A stretch of DNA of 61,796 nucleotides from the sequence record SRR20825006_271; one strand, 5' to 3'. Shown one piece after another: positions 38,124-48,170 of the stretch. The notes under the pieces are model-generated. The model did no database searches, was not told the DNA's origin, and saw only the letters and a program-made list of their open reading frames with translations. Position numbers and translations under genes: made by a program. The first letter of the stretch is position 1, and each line of letters opens with the position of its first letter.

Positions 38124-39034
38124 ATTTAAAATCGCTGAGCAAAGAGTGGGAAGCGGTGAGCTACGGCTTTTTGGACGCTTCCGCCAAGCGCGAATTGCGC
38201 CGCAAAATGCTGAAAGCTGTGGCCGTGCCGGGTTGCCAAATGCCTTATGCTAGCCGTGAAGTGCCGATGGCGCGGGGATGGGGCACGGGCGGGCTGCAAG
38301 TGTCGCTGACCTTGATGAATCCAAAAACGGTCGTGAAAGTCATCGACCAGGGGGCAGATGACAGCGTGAACGCTGCATCGATCCGCAAGTTTTTGACAAG
38401 AGTAACCGGGGCGGAAGCCACATGGAACACGCTGGAGGCGACGCTAATCCAGTCGCGCCACCGGGTGCCGGAGGAGAAACTCACCAAGGATCAGATTTTG
38501 GTGCTGCAGGTGCCAAACCCAGAACCTTTGCGGTCTGTGGAGCCGAACATGTCTATCGCCCGGCAAATGCATGCAGATGCGGATTATAGCCGCATGTGGC
38601 TGCAGCTCTATGAGCAGATTGTCCGCTCTGGCCGGGTGATGCAGGGTGCATCATATCCGTCCATGGTGAATGGTCGTCATGTGATGACGCCATCGCCAAT
38701 CCCGCGGTGGGACGTGCCAAAGCTGCATATGGCCGAACATTTGACCATTCTTTCTGCTGGGCGGGAGAAACGTATTTTTGCCGTGCCGCCGCACACCCGG
38801 GTGGAGCCATTGGTGTTCTCTGATGTGCCCTACAAGGTGGAAGAGCATGGCGACATCACCTGCACGCGCTCGGCGCTCAAGGGCTTCTTTATGAATGAAA
38901 TTCCAAATGATGATGGCACCTCGAGCTATGAAGTGTCGGACAGCAATTTGGGCATTAAGGCGCTGAATGCGCCGGAGGATGCATCACAAAAAATTGGCGA
39001 GACCTGGTATCAAGATGGGGAGTGGGCGCAATGA
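38120..39034 (+). CDS. phnJ: Divergent PhnJ homologue lacking the canonical CX2CX21CX5C motif
   Basis: KAVAVPG, GWGTGG, KVIDQG.DD.VNA, QSRHRVPE, PSPIP, AGREKR; only two Cys in the protein (C39, C248). Confidence 0.9.
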   Translation: MNLKSLSKEWEAVSYGFLDASAKRELRRKMLKAVAVPGCQMPYASREVPMARGWGTGGLQVSLTLMNPKTVVKVIDQGADDSVNAASIRKFLTRVTGAEATWNTLEATLIQSRHRVPEEKLTKDQILVLQVPNPEPLRSVEPNMSIARQMHADADYSRMWLQLYEQIVRSGRVMQGASYPSMVNGRHVMTPSPIPRWDVPKLHMAEHLTILSAGREKRIFAVPPHTRVEPLVFSDVPYKVEEHGDITCTRSALKGFFMNEIPNDDGTSSYEVSDSNLGIKALNAPEDASQKIGETWYQDGEWAQ

Positions 39035-39840
39035 GTGTCGACATGAACTTAGAGCGCAGCGCGCCGCAATTTATTACCCATGAACCGTTGCTGCACATGA
39101 CCAACATTTCCAAACGCTATGGCGATGTGGTGGCACTGGATCAGGTGGGTGCCAAGGTCTATCCCGGCGAAGTGTTGGGCATTGTGGGTGAAAGTGGCTC
39201 CGGCAAATCCACCTTGCTGCGGATGATGAATTTGCAGGAATTGCCTGATCAAGGCACCTACCATCTCGATATTGAAACTGAGAAGCCGAACCTTTTCGAT
39301 ATGGATCGCTATGCGCGATTGCAATTGCGGTCGCGGCATATTGGCATTGTGTATCAAAACCCGCACCAAGGGCTTTTGATGAAGCACACAAGTTCCGGCA
39401 ATGTGGCAGAACGGTTGCTAATCGCTGGGGAACGTAGCTTTGCGAATTTGCGGGCAAAGGCCAGTGATGCGCTGGATGCCAGTGAGTTTCCGCTGGAGCG
39501 GATGGACGCACCGCCGATTGAACTTTCTGGCGGGATGCAACAGCGTGTGCAATTGGCCAAGGCGATTGCGCTTGAGCCAGCCTTGTTGCTTCTGGATGAA
39601 CCGACCACAGGTCTGGATGTGTCGGTGCAGGCCCTGGTGCTCGATACGCTTAAGCGTTTGCAGCAGGATCGGAAGATCACCATGGTAATTGTGAGCCATG
39701 ATTTGGGTGTCATACGCACGATGGCAGACCGGGTTATGGTGATGCGGCGCGGGCAGGTGGTTGAGCAGGGTTTGGTGGACCAAGTGTTCCAAGATCCGCA
39801 ACACGCCTACACTCAACAACTTGTCCATGCGAAATTGTGA
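39031..39840 (+). CDS. phnK: C-P lyase ABC-like ATPase PhnK
   Basis: GESGSGKS, LSGGMQQR, DEPTTGLDVSVQA, DPQHAYTQQLV; ATGA overlap with phnJ. Confidence 0.92.
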   Translation: MSVDMNLERSAPQFITHEPLLHMTNISKRYGDVVALDQVGAKVYPGEVLGIVGESGSGKSTLLRMMNLQELPDQGTYHLDIETEKPNLFDMDRYARLQLRSRHIGIVYQNPHQGLLMKHTSSGNVAERLLIAGERSFANLRAKASDALDASEFPLERMDAPPIELSGGMQQRVQLAKAIALEPALLLLDEPTTGLDVSVQALVLDTLKRLQQDRKITMVIVSHDLGVIRTMADRVMVMRRGQVVEQGLVDQVFQDPQHAYTQQLVHAKL

Positions 39841-40568
39841 GGCACAACATGACTGAAGCTGTTTTGAATGTAAGCGGGCTAACCAAAAGCTTCCAAATGC
39901 ATCATTTGGACAATACGCTGCATGCATTTCGTGATGTGAACTTTAGCCTGAAGCAGGGTGAATTTGTGCTGCTTAAAGGGCCAAACGGGGTGGGCAAATC
40001 CACCTTGTTGCGAACCATTTATCGCACCTATTTGCCCGTTGATGGCAAAGTGATGTTCCATTCTGCCCGGGGCGATATTGATCTGGCGAATGCGGCCGAT
40101 ATTGATGTGGCTCTGTTGCGGGCCGAAGAGATTGGGTTTGTGACCCAGTTTTTGGTCGCGCGGCCACGGGTTGCGGCAGAAGAAATTGTGGCTGAACCGC
40201 TGCGGTTGGCCGGGGTTGCCCCCGAAGATGCGCTGGACCAAGCGCGCCATTGGTTGAATGTGTTCGGGGTGAAGGAGAAGCTTTGGAAAGCTTATCCAAC
40301 AACTTTCTCCGGCGGTGAGCAGCAAAAAGTGAACTTGGCCCGCGCCTTAATTTTGCCGCGGCGATTGCTTCTGCTTGACGAACCTACAGCCTCGCTTGAT
40401 GCGGGGGCCCGCGCAGCGTTGACCCAGCGCTTGATTGAGCTGAAAAATGAAGGTGTGGCCATGATCGGCGTTTTTCACCACCCCGGTGATGTGGCGGAGT
40501 TGGTGGACCGTACCATTGAATTGACAATTGTAAGCGAAGAACGGAGACCGGCTGATGTGGCTGTCTGA
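39837..40568 (+). CDS. phnL: C-P lyase ABC-like ATPase PhnL
   Basis: GPNGVGKST, PTTFSGGEQQ, DEPTASLD, GVFH. Confidence 0.92.
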   Translation: MRHNMTEAVLNVSGLTKSFQMHHLDNTLHAFRDVNFSLKQGEFVLLKGPNGVGKSTLLRTIYRTYLPVDGKVMFHSARGDIDLANAADIDVALLRAEEIGFVTQFLVARPRVAAEEIVAEPLRLAGVAPEDALDQARHWLNVFGVKEKLWKAYPTTFSGGEQQKVNLARALILPRRLLLLDEPTASLDAGARAALTQRLIELKNEGVAMIGVFHHPGDVAELVDRTIELTIVSEERRPADVAV

Positions 40569-41721
40569 TCTGAGAATTGTGCAACATGACCGCGTGATTG
40601 AGCGCGGTGCAGTGCGGATTGATAATGGCATGATTGCTGAAATCCGCGAAGAACCTGTAGCTGGCGGTATTGCTGGTGATGGCCTGGCGCTTATGCCGGG
40701 CTTTATTGATATGCATGGTGACATGATTGAGCGCGAGCTGGAGCCGCGCCCACGGGTTAATATGCCGGCTGAAATCGCTTTCCGCGAGTTGGATCGCCGC
40801 TTGGCGGGTGCTGGCGTTGTCACCGCTTATGCTGCCGTTTCCTTCACCACAGGCGCAGCGGCTGGTGAAATGCGCTCGTTTGAACATACGGGCCAAGTGA
40901 TCCGCGACTTATGTGCCGTGCGCCACAAGTTGAATGTGGACCACCGCATTCATGCGCGTTTTGACATCACGCTGAAAAATGCTTTGAGCGTCATTCGCGG
41001 ATTGATTGAAGATGACACGTTGGATTTGGTGTCGTTGATGGATCATACGCCGGGCCAAGGACAATACCGCGATATTGAGCGGCATATTGAACATGTGGCG
41101 CATATGCGCGGCATTTCCCGCACCGAAGCGCAAGCGCTGGTGGAGCGGAAAATTGCAGATCGCACGCGCCCGGAAGATGTGTTAACTGCGACATTGCGCG
41201 AAATTTCAGATTTGTGCAAAGCGCACAAAGTGATCATGGCCAGCCATGATGACGACACGGTTGAAAAAGTCGCACTGATGAACGCGTTCGGCGTGGCGAT
41301 TTCCGAATTTCCAGTAGACATGATCGCGGCGAAAGAAGCCCATGCCTGTGGCTTGGCCAATGCGATGGGCGCACCGAATGCTTTGCGTGGCCAGTCTTAT
41401 TCCGGCAATTTGTCGGCGCGTCAGGCACATGAAGCTGGCGTGTTGGATATTTTGGCATCTGACTATCACCCAAGTTCAATTTTGCCTGCGATTTTGATTT
41501 TGGCGCAAACTGATCCGAACGGTTTGCCGGGTGCGGTGCGCTTGGCCACAGCTAACCCGGCCAAAGCTCTGGGGCTGACAGACCGAGGCCGCATTGAAGT
41601 TGGTCAAAAGGCTGATCTGGTGATCGCGGAAACGGATGGCATGGGGCACATTGTGACCAGCATGCGCAATGGTCGCGTGATCTATTCTGATGGGGTTGTT
41701 GGTCTCAACAAAGCAGCCTGA
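40555..41721 (+). CDS. phnM: Ribose 1-phosphonate 5-triphosphate diphosphatase PhnM (amidohydrolase)
   Basis: PGFIDMHGD, SLMDHTPGQGQY, ASHDD, SEFP, MGAPN, ASDY. Confidence 0.92.
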   Translation: MWLSDLRIVQHDRVIERGAVRIDNGMIAEIREEPVAGGIAGDGLALMPGFIDMHGDMIERELEPRPRVNMPAEIAFRELDRRLAGAGVVTAYAAVSFTTGAAAGEMRSFEHTGQVIRDLCAVRHKLNVDHRIHARFDITLKNALSVIRGLIEDDTLDLVSLMDHTPGQGQYRDIERHIEHVAHMRGISRTEAQALVERKIADRTRPEDVLTATLREISDLCKAHKVIMASHDDDTVEKVALMNAFGVAISEFPVDMIAAKEAHACGLANAMGAPNALRGQSYSGNLSARQAHEAGVLDILASDYHPSSILPAILILAQTDPNGLPGAVRLATANPAKALGLTDRGRIEVGQKADLVIAETDGMGHIVTSMRNGRVIYSDGVVGLNKAA

Positions 41722-41736
41722 AAGGCTGAATAAATA

Positions 41737-41769
41737 CCGGATGATTTGGGATTCAACCAATTCATCCGG
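41737..41769 (+). terminator. Stem-loop between phnM and phnC
   Basis: CCGGATGA-T-TTGG...CCAA-T-TCATCCGG inverted repeat. Confidence 0.5.
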
Positions 41770-41863
41770 ACTTGTGACACAAGTTTTACATTTCTGCACA
41801 TAGAGCGTCATTTAGGCGCGGTATCACTTCCCTAAATCATCCGAATGAAAAGGGGAGGGTGAA

Positions 41864-42670
41864 ATGACCGCTCTTAATATTTCTGGACTTTCAAAGCATT
41901 TTGGCACCACCAAAGCGGTGGATAGCGCCACGCTCGACATTGAAGCTGGGCAGTTTGTGGGCGTGATTGGCCGCTCCGGTGCTGGCAAATCCACTTTGCT
42001 GCGGTTGATCAACCGCTTGATCGAACCGACAGAAGGTTCTGTTTCGTTCGATGGCGTCGACATCACCAAGCTAAAAGGCAAGGCCCTGCGCCAGTGGCGG
42101 CGCGATTGCGCGATGATCTTTCAACAATTCAACTTGGTGGACCGGTTGGATGTGATCACCAATGTGTTGATTGGCCGGGTGGCCGAGCATGGCGTTCTGT
42201 CGTCCACTGCAATGCGTTTTTCTGATGAAGAGCGCACCATGGCGGCAAAGGCGCTTGATCGGTTGGATATGGTGCCGTTTGCCTTGCAACGTGCTGGCAC
42301 CTTATCTGGCGGACAACAGCAACGCGTCGCCATTGCCCGCGCGCTGGTTCAAAACCCGCGCATTATGTTGGCGGATGAGCCAATTGCCTCGCTCGATCCG
42401 GGCAATGCGACCCGCGTTATGGATGCGCTACGTACCATCAATGAAGAAGATAAACTCACTGTTTTGGTCAATTTGCACACGCTGGATACCGCGCGTGAAT
42501 ATTGCGGGCGGATTATCGCCATGCGCCAAGGCAAAGTGATGTTTGACGGCCCAGCTCACGAGCTCACTGATGCGGTTGTGCGCGATATTTATGGCGCAGA
42601 TGGCCTTGAAGATTTCAACGAAGCTGTAACCTCAACATCGGTCGGTAATCGACCACGCGTTGCAGCATAA
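41864..42670 (+). CDS. phnC: Phosphonate ABC transporter ATPase
   Basis: [35 protein letters not shown]. Confidence 0.94.
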   Translation: MTALNISGLSKHFGTTKAVDSATLDIEAGQFVGVIGRSGAGKSTLLRLINRLIEPTEGSVSFDGVDITKLKGKALRQWRRDCAMIFQQFNLVDRLDVITNVLIGRVAEHGVLSSTAMRFSDEERTMAAKALDRLDMVPFALQRAGTLSGGQQQRVAIARALVQNPRIMLADEPIASLDPGNATRVMDALRTINEEDKLTVLVNLHTLDTAREYCGRIIAMRQGKVMFDGPAHELTDAVVRDIYGADGLEDFNEAVTSTSVGNRPRVAA

Positions 42671-42710
42671 TTCCCAATACCTAACCAGCATATCTATCAG
42701 GAGAACCCCC

Positions 42711-43643
42711 ATGAAGTTGCTGACAAGTACTGCGCTTTTGGCGTTGATGATGACCCCTGCCTTTGTTGCACCAGCTGCGGCTGAAGGTTGGAAAGACGAT
42801 TATCAAGTTGTGAAATTTGGTATTCTTTCTGGCGAAAACGAGCAAGATCGTTTGGAGCGCAACGAGCCTTTGCGTTCTTACCTTGAAGAAACACTTGGCG
42901 TTAAAGTTGAGTTCTTCACCGCTGGCAATTATGACGGTGTTGTGCAGGCTATGGCCGCTGACCAAATCGAATTTGCGAGCTTTGGTTCTTCTTCATATGC
43001 AGCGGTTTACAAAGCCACAAATGGCGGTGTGATCCCGTTTTTGACGTCTCAAAAATTGAATGGCAACACAGGCTATCGCTCAATCGTGGTCACACGTTGT
43101 GACAGCGGCATCAAAAGCCTTGCTGACGCCAAAGGCAAAGTACACGCTTTTGCTGACCCAGACTCTACTTCTGGCTATGCGGTGCCTTACTTCAACTTCA
43201 TCGAAAAAGAAGGCTTTAAGCCAGAGGAATATTTCTCTGCTGTGCCATTCTCTGGTTCGCATGAAGCTGGTGTGCAAGGCGTTGTAAACGGCACATTCAA
43301 CACCGCGTCGACATATCAGAACAATGACGAAGATGGCGTTTATCAGCGCATGGAAAACAAAGGCATGATCGACGAAGGCGTTGTTTGTAAAATCTGGGAA
43401 AGCCCAGAAATTACATCTGGCCCTTGGACTGCTCGCGCCAGCTTGCCTGAAGAAATGATTGCTGATTTTGCTGAAGCCATGAAGGCGTTCCCAACAGCAC
43501 GTCCTGAAGATTACAAAGTTTACTCTTCATTCGACCCTGAAGATCCAAACCCAGATAATGGCTATGTGGAAGTTGACCATGAGCGTTATCAGTGGATCGT
43601 TGATATGCGTGAATGGCTGCGCCAACAGCGTCGTGGCGGCTAA
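42711..43643 (+). CDS. phnD: Phosphonate ABC substrate-binding protein
   Basis: Signal peptide, DPDSTSG, GSHE motifs. Confidence 0.92.
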   Translation: MKLLTSTALLALMMTPAFVAPAAAEGWKDDYQVVKFGILSGENEQDRLERNEPLRSYLEETLGVKVEFFTAGNYDGVVQAMAADQIEFASFGSSSYAAVYKATNGGVIPFLTSQKLNGNTGYRSIVVTRCDSGIKSLADAKGKVHAFADPDSTSGYAVPYFNFIEKEGFKPEEYFSAVPFSGSHEAGVQGVVNGTFNTASTYQNNDEDGVYQRMENKGMIDEGVVCKIWESPEITSGPWTARASLPEEMIADFAEAMKAFPTARPEDYKVYSSFDPEDPNPDNGYVEVDHERYQWIVDMREWLRQQRRGG

Positions 43644-43657
43644 GAACTGACAAGATG

Positions 43658-43693
43658 GAGCGGGCTATGTCTTTGGGCATAGTCCGTTCTTTT
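43658..43693 (+). terminator. Stem-loop after phnD
   Basis: GAGCGGGCTATGTC-TTTG-GGCATAGTCCGTTC-TTTT. Confidence 0.6.
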
Positions 43694-43709
43694 ATTGAAG
43701 GAAGAGCAT

Positions 43710-44651
43710 ATGACCTTGCAGGCGACCAGCATACATGATTTGCCGCCCAGTAGCTCGGCGATGGACCAGTTTGAACAAGATTTTAATGCCCACCGACGCA
43801 GCATGCGCTTCAATTGGGCAATTGGCAGTTTGGTCTTTATTGTCCTGTTTGTGGTAACAGCTTGGATTGGTGACTTTTTCAAAGTGACCCAAGTGACCAC
43901 CATTGATGGTGCCCGCGAGTGGCAATGGATTATTTCAGCCGGTTTGCCCCGGTTGGGCGAATTTATTGTGCAGACCATCCCCACCCTAACGTGGGAAAAT
44001 CTGGGCGCAGATCTGGCCAATTGGTTTTGGCGCTGGCCCGTGTGGATGCAGCTTCTGCTCGAGACGATTTTGATCGCATTTATGGCGACGGTACTCGGGG
44101 TGATTGGCGGTTTCGTTCTGTCTTTCCCGGCCGCCCGAAATTTGACGCCCAATAAATATGTGCTTTGGGTGTGTCGTCGCTATTTGGAAATTGCACGTAC
44201 GGTGCCTGAATTGGTGTGGGCGCTGATCTTTGTGTTTTGCTTTTCAGTTGGGCCAATGGCTGGCGTCTTGGCGATTGCGCTACATGCTACAGGATCGCTG
44301 GGCAAGCTCTATTCTGAAGTCAATGAGAACATTGACATGCGTCCGCTGGAGGGCGTGAAAGCTGCCGGGGGCAGTTGGTTCGATCAGATTCGCTATGGCG
44401 CTGTGCCGCAGGTGATGCCGAACATCATCAGCTACACATTGCTGCGCTTTGAGATCAATGTGCGGGCCTCCTCAATTATTGGCTATGTGGGTGCGGGTGG
44501 CTTGGGCCAAGAGTTCCGCACGGCGATGAGTTTTCAAGAATATACCGACTTGTCGGCTCTCTTTATCATCATTTTCGTCACCGTGATGGTGATTGATTTT
44601 CTATCGGAAAAACTGCGTCACCGCATTATTGGCATGGGAGAGCGCACATGA
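43710..44651 (+). CDS. phnE: Phosphonate ABC permease
   Basis: RTVPELVWAL, LGKLYSE, RFEINVR, GAGGLG. Confidence 0.93.
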   Translation: MTLQATSIHDLPPSSSAMDQFEQDFNAHRRSMRFNWAIGSLVFIVLFVVTAWIGDFFKVTQVTTIDGAREWQWIISAGLPRLGEFIVQTIPTLTWENLGADLANWFWRWPVWMQLLLETILIAFMATVLGVIGGFVLSFPAARNLTPNKYVLWVCRRYLEIARTVPELVWALIFVFCFSVGPMAGVLAIALHATGSLGKLYSEVNENIDMRPLEGVKAAGGSWFDQIRYGAVPQVMPNIISYTLLRFEINVRASSIIGYVGAGGLGQEFRTAMSFQEYTDLSALFIIIFVTVMVIDFLSEKLRHRIIGMGERT

Positions 44652-45505
44652 ATGTGACAGAAAAAGAAATCGCCCATTATCGCGCGCAGGTGCCGCATTT
44701 ATACAGCGAGCCATTGCAAGTGCGTTTGCAGCGGGTTGCGGTTTGGATTGGCATTGTCGGCCTGTTTATTTACTGCCTGATTGTGTTCGATTTTTCGCCA
44801 TCCCGGATTATGACAGGTGTGGAGCGTTTTGGCCGGGTGCTGAGCTTTATGTTCCCGCCTTATATTTGGACAAGCTGGTTTGAGTTTGCGCCGATCTTAG
44901 AAGGTCTTTTGGAAACATTGGCCATCGCCTTTTTGGGTACTGTGCTTGGTGCGGTCATTGCGTTTCCGCTGTCGTTTTTAGGTGCGAAAAACATCAACCG
45001 CATTCCGTTTTTGCGGCATACAACGCGCCGGGGCTATGATGTAATCCGGGCGTTTGAAACCTTGATCTTGGCACTGATCTTTATCCGTGCATTTGGCTTG
45101 GGGCCGCTGCCGGGAATTTTGGCGATGGCTGTTTCCGAAATTGGCACATTCGCCAAACTATTTTCTGAGGCGATTGAGAATACGTCAGAAAAGCCCGTTG
45201 ATGGGGTGAAAGCCTCTGGCGGCTCACGGTTCCAAACGGTGCGCTTTGGGGTGATGCCACAGGTGAGCCCGGTGATCATTTCGATCCTGCTTTACAATTT
45301 TGAGTCCAACGTACGGTCCGGCACGATTTTGGGTATTGTGGGCGCAGGCGGCATTGGCTTTTTGCTGTCGGATCGGATTTCGGCTTACAAATGGGATGAA
45401 GCATGGTCGATCATCTTTTTGATCATCATCATGGTTTACATCATTGACTGGCTGAGCGCGAAAATCCGCAAGAAGATTATTGGCGAGTTTGGCGACACAA
45501 AATAA
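44648..45505 (+). CDS. phnE: Phosphonate ABC permease (second copy)
   Basis: AKLFSEAIE, FESNVRS, GIVGAGGIG. Confidence 0.93.
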   Translation: MNVTEKEIAHYRAQVPHLYSEPLQVRLQRVAVWIGIVGLFIYCLIVFDFSPSRIMTGVERFGRVLSFMFPPYIWTSWFEFAPILEGLLETLAIAFLGTVLGAVIAFPLSFLGAKNINRIPFLRHTTRRGYDVIRAFETLILALIFIRAFGLGPLPGILAMAVSEIGTFAKLFSEAIENTSEKPVDGVKASGGSRFQTVRFGVMPQVSPVIISILLYNFESNVRSGTILGIVGAGGIGFLLSDRISAYKWDEAWSIIFLIIIMVYIIDWLSAKIRKKIIGEFGDTK

Positions 45506-45534
45506 CGCAAAATGCCATGCGACACTGTTCTAAC

Positions 45535-45560
45535 TGGGGCGCGATCTGCGCCCCACTTTT
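45535..45560 (+). terminator. Terminator-like hairpin after phnE
   Basis: TGGGGCGC-GATCT-GCGCCCCA-CTTTT. Confidence 0.5.
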
Positions 45561-45577
45561 CAATTTGAGGATCAGAT

Positions 45578-46186
45578 ATGAAGCAATTAAGTGAAGCGCC
45601 GACAGTGCATCCGGAAGCAGACGTTAAGGACTGCACCTTGGGTGCATGGACCGATGTGGGCAAAGGCACCATGATGCGCGAAAGCGAAATGGGTGATTAC
45701 TCTTATATTACCCAAGATTGCCATGTGGTGTGGACCAGCATTGGTAAATTTTGCTCTATTGCAAATTCGGTGCGGATTAACCCAGGCAACCACCCGACGT
45801 GGCGGGCCTTGCAGCACCATTCAGTCTATCGTGCTGAGCAATATGATCTGGGGGAAGACGACCACGAGTTTTTTGACTGGCGTAAAGACCATTGGGTGAC
45901 TATCGGTCATGATGTTTGGATTGGTCATGGGGTGACCGTGACCGCTGGGGTGACGATTGGCAATGGCGCAGTTGTTGGTGCCGGGGCGGTGGTGACGAAA
46001 GATGTTGCACCCTATAGTGTTGTTGGTGGCGTACCTGCCAAACTGATAAAACGCCGTTTCACCGAAGCGCAGGCGGAAGCGCTTGAGCAAATCGCAGTTT
46101 GGGACTGGCCACGCGACAAATATAAGGCCGCTATTCCGGATATTAGAGCATTAGATATTGACGCATTCATTGAAAAATACCGCTGA
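45578..46186 (+). CDS. Phosphonate-metabolism hexapeptide-repeat acetyltransferase
   Basis: [41 protein letters not shown]. Confidence 0.88.
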   Translation: MKQLSEAPTVHPEADVKDCTLGAWTDVGKGTMMRESEMGDYSYITQDCHVVWTSIGKFCSIANSVRINPGNHPTWRALQHHSVYRAEQYDLGEDDHEFFDWRKDHWVTIGHDVWIGHGVTVTAGVTIGNGAVVGAGAVVTKDVAPYSVVGGVPAKLIKRRFTEAQAEALEQIAVWDWPRDKYKAAIPDIRALDIDAFIEKYR

Positions 46187-46736
46187 AGATCAACCCGCTA
46201 CGGTTGAGCCTAAACCCAAAAAGCGCAAAATCTTTGACGGTGGATTTCTGGTTCTTATGACAATGACGCTGTTTGCAGCGATCGGTGTTGTCGCCCAAAA
46301 GGGCCTTTGGCGCGTGGTCGAAATATTCGGCGAAACCATTGTGTTTGCGGTTACCCTATCACCGAAAATCCTAGGCGGTGTGTTTATCGCAGCGGCCATC
46401 CCATTGCTGGTGTCCAATGATAAAATTGCCAATATGGTTGGCGGGGAAAGCGGCATTTGGGGGCTCGGGCTGGCGGCTTTTCTCGGCGCGTTGATGCCGG
46501 GTGGTCCAATGATGGTTTATCCGTTGGCGGCGGGTTTCGTGGTGGCTGGTGTTGATGCTGGTGCGCTTGTGGCTTTTGTGACCGGGTGGAGCCTTTTGAA
46601 TCTCAATCGCACTTTGATCTGGGAAATGTCGTTCTTGCATGCAGACTTTGTTTTGCTGCGCTTATCCATATCAGTCGTCTTGCCCATTTTGTGCGGCCTT
46701 GCTGCGCGGAAGATGTTTGCGGAGGCGCGGGCATGA
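46158..46736 (+). CDS. Small permease (DUF318/ArsP-like half); start uncertain (TTG 46158 or 46170)
   Basis: Hydrophobic; GALMPGGP helix-break motif; paralogous to next gene. Confidence 0.65.
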   Translation: MTHSLKNTAEDQPATVEPKPKKRKIFDGGFLVLMTMTLFAAIGVVAQKGLWRVVEIFGETIVFAVTLSPKILGGVFIAAAIPLLVSNDKIANMVGGESGIWGLGLAAFLGALMPGGPMMVYPLAAGFVVAGVDAGALVAFVTGWSLLNLNRTLIWEMSFLHADFVLLRLSISVVLPILCGLAARKMFAEARA

Positions 46737-47218
46737 ATATTTTGATCGGCACGATTGTGATTTGGGCTGGCGTTTTTTATGCGTGGCAGCGGCTAGGGCG
46801 CACTGGACAGCGAGGCGAAGCGCTGACGGCAGCGGTTGAATTGTTAAAGTTCACCTTGCCACGCATTGGCATCGCATTGCTGGGCGCAGGCCTGTTTGCA
46901 GAGCTGTTACCGCAGGATCAGGTGCGGTCGGTATTGGGGAAAGAGGCGGGCTTTGGCGCTATCGTGCTGGCCAGTTTTCTTGGCCCGATCACGCCAGGCG
47001 GGGCCTTTGTTTGCTTTGCAATTAGCGCGGGCGCGCTGAAAGCTGGCGCAGCCATTGCACCCGTTATGGCCTACACCACAGCGTGGGCGCTGTTCTCCAC
47101 CAGTAAGATCCTCGCTTATGAATTGCCTTTGTTGGGCGGACGCAACTTTATGCTGCGCTTTGCCGTGACATGGCCGATACCGCTATTGGTGGGTGGGATT
47201 GTCTATTTCCTAGCTTAG
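46733..47218 (+). CDS. Small permease (DUF318/ArsP-like half)
   Basis: GPITPGGA motif; ATGA overlap with upstream gene and GGAGG RBS. Confidence 0.65.
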   Translation: MNILIGTIVIWAGVFYAWQRLGRTGQRGEALTAAVELLKFTLPRIGIALLGAGLFAELLPQDQVRSVLGKEAGFGAIVLASFLGPITPGGAFVCFAISAGALKAGAAIAPVMAYTTAWALFSTSKILAYELPLLGGRNFMLRFAVTWPIPLLVGGIVYFLA

Positions 47219-48133
47219 CTGCGCGGCAAAGTTTTGCGCGGCCGCCAAGGTATGGCGGCCAGAATGGGCGTAATGATTGCCTTTGAGTTCAATGATGATG
47301 CCAGCGGGCTTTTCTAGCTTGAGTGCATCTGCAATGGCGTCGAAATCGATAGTGCCAAAGCCGGGAGCGGCATGCATGTCGCCAATGCCGAAAAACAACC
47401 GTTCGCCATCATTATCCCATTTGATGGTGGCGGGGGCGCCTGTTGAATCTGAGAAATGGATATGCCCGATATGCGGGGCCAAATCTGGTAGTTTGTCCAG
47501 TACATCATAGCCCTGCAGTGTTGCGCCTTGCTGGGCATGGCTCACATCAAAACAAGCCACAAGGTGTGGATGATTGATGTGGGAAAGCTGGTTGGCCAAA
47601 GCGCTCAAGTCCAAGGCGTATGATGTTTCGGTGCCTGCAATATTGTGGCGATTGGGGTTAAGGTTTTCATAGGCAATTGTGACGCCTAGATTTTGGGCCC
47701 GGTCGGCCAATACATGCAAATCTTCTGCCTCTAGTGCCAATAAGTTGCTGGCATTGTCGACCCAATGGCCGGGATGCACACGGCCTGGATGCATGACCAT
47801 GATCTCCGCGTCGCATTCGGCGGCCAATTCAAGGCTTGCCATGGCAGCGCGCAAATGATGTTCAATATGAGGGCGGTCCATTAAATTAATGGCAATTGGC
47901 GCGTGAAGAGAATAGGCGATCTTTTGACGTGCCAGAATGTTTTTCAATTTGGCGAGGCGTTCGGGCATCAAGCGGCAGGCAGAAACAACATCAAGATTGG
48001 AGGCATTTAGCTCGCAAAAATTGGCGCCCATATCGACTTGTTGAGCAACGCGCTTGCCCAATGCGTCCAAATCCCCTTGCTGGCCATAATTGCCGACGCT
48101 AAAGCCAATTCGATTTTCCATGATGGTGATCAC
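47210..48133 (-). CDS. Sugar-phosphate isomerase/epimerase / AP endonuclease-2 TIM-barrel protein
   Basis: SLHAP, VMHPG, YEN, FDVSH, HIHFSD, DMH..PG.GTIDF, IIE metal ligands; start may be ATG 48121. Confidence 0.85.
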   Translation of the reverse strand: MITIMENRIGFSVGNYGQQGDLDALGKRVAQQVDMGANFCELNASNLDVVSACRLMPERLAKLKNILARQKIAYSLHAPIAINLMDRPHIEHHLRAAMASLELAAECDAEIMVMHPGRVHPGHWVDNASNLLALEAEDLHVLADRAQNLGVTIAYENLNPNRHNIAGTETSYALDLSALANQLSHINHPHLVACFDVSHAQQGATLQGYDVLDKLPDLAPHIGHIHFSDSTGAPATIKWDNDGERLFFGIGDMHAAPGFGTIDFDAIADALKLEKPAGIIIELKGNHYAHSGRHTLAAAQNFAAQLS

Positions 48134-48170
48134 CGCTATTTGATTTTTGTTTTGGTTTTAGGCGGGTTAG

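Noticed and set aside
38120-39034. phnJ as a frameshifted pseudogene
   Set aside because: The frame is open and still aligns through the Cys region (NE, DDG, SD retained); the losses are substitutions
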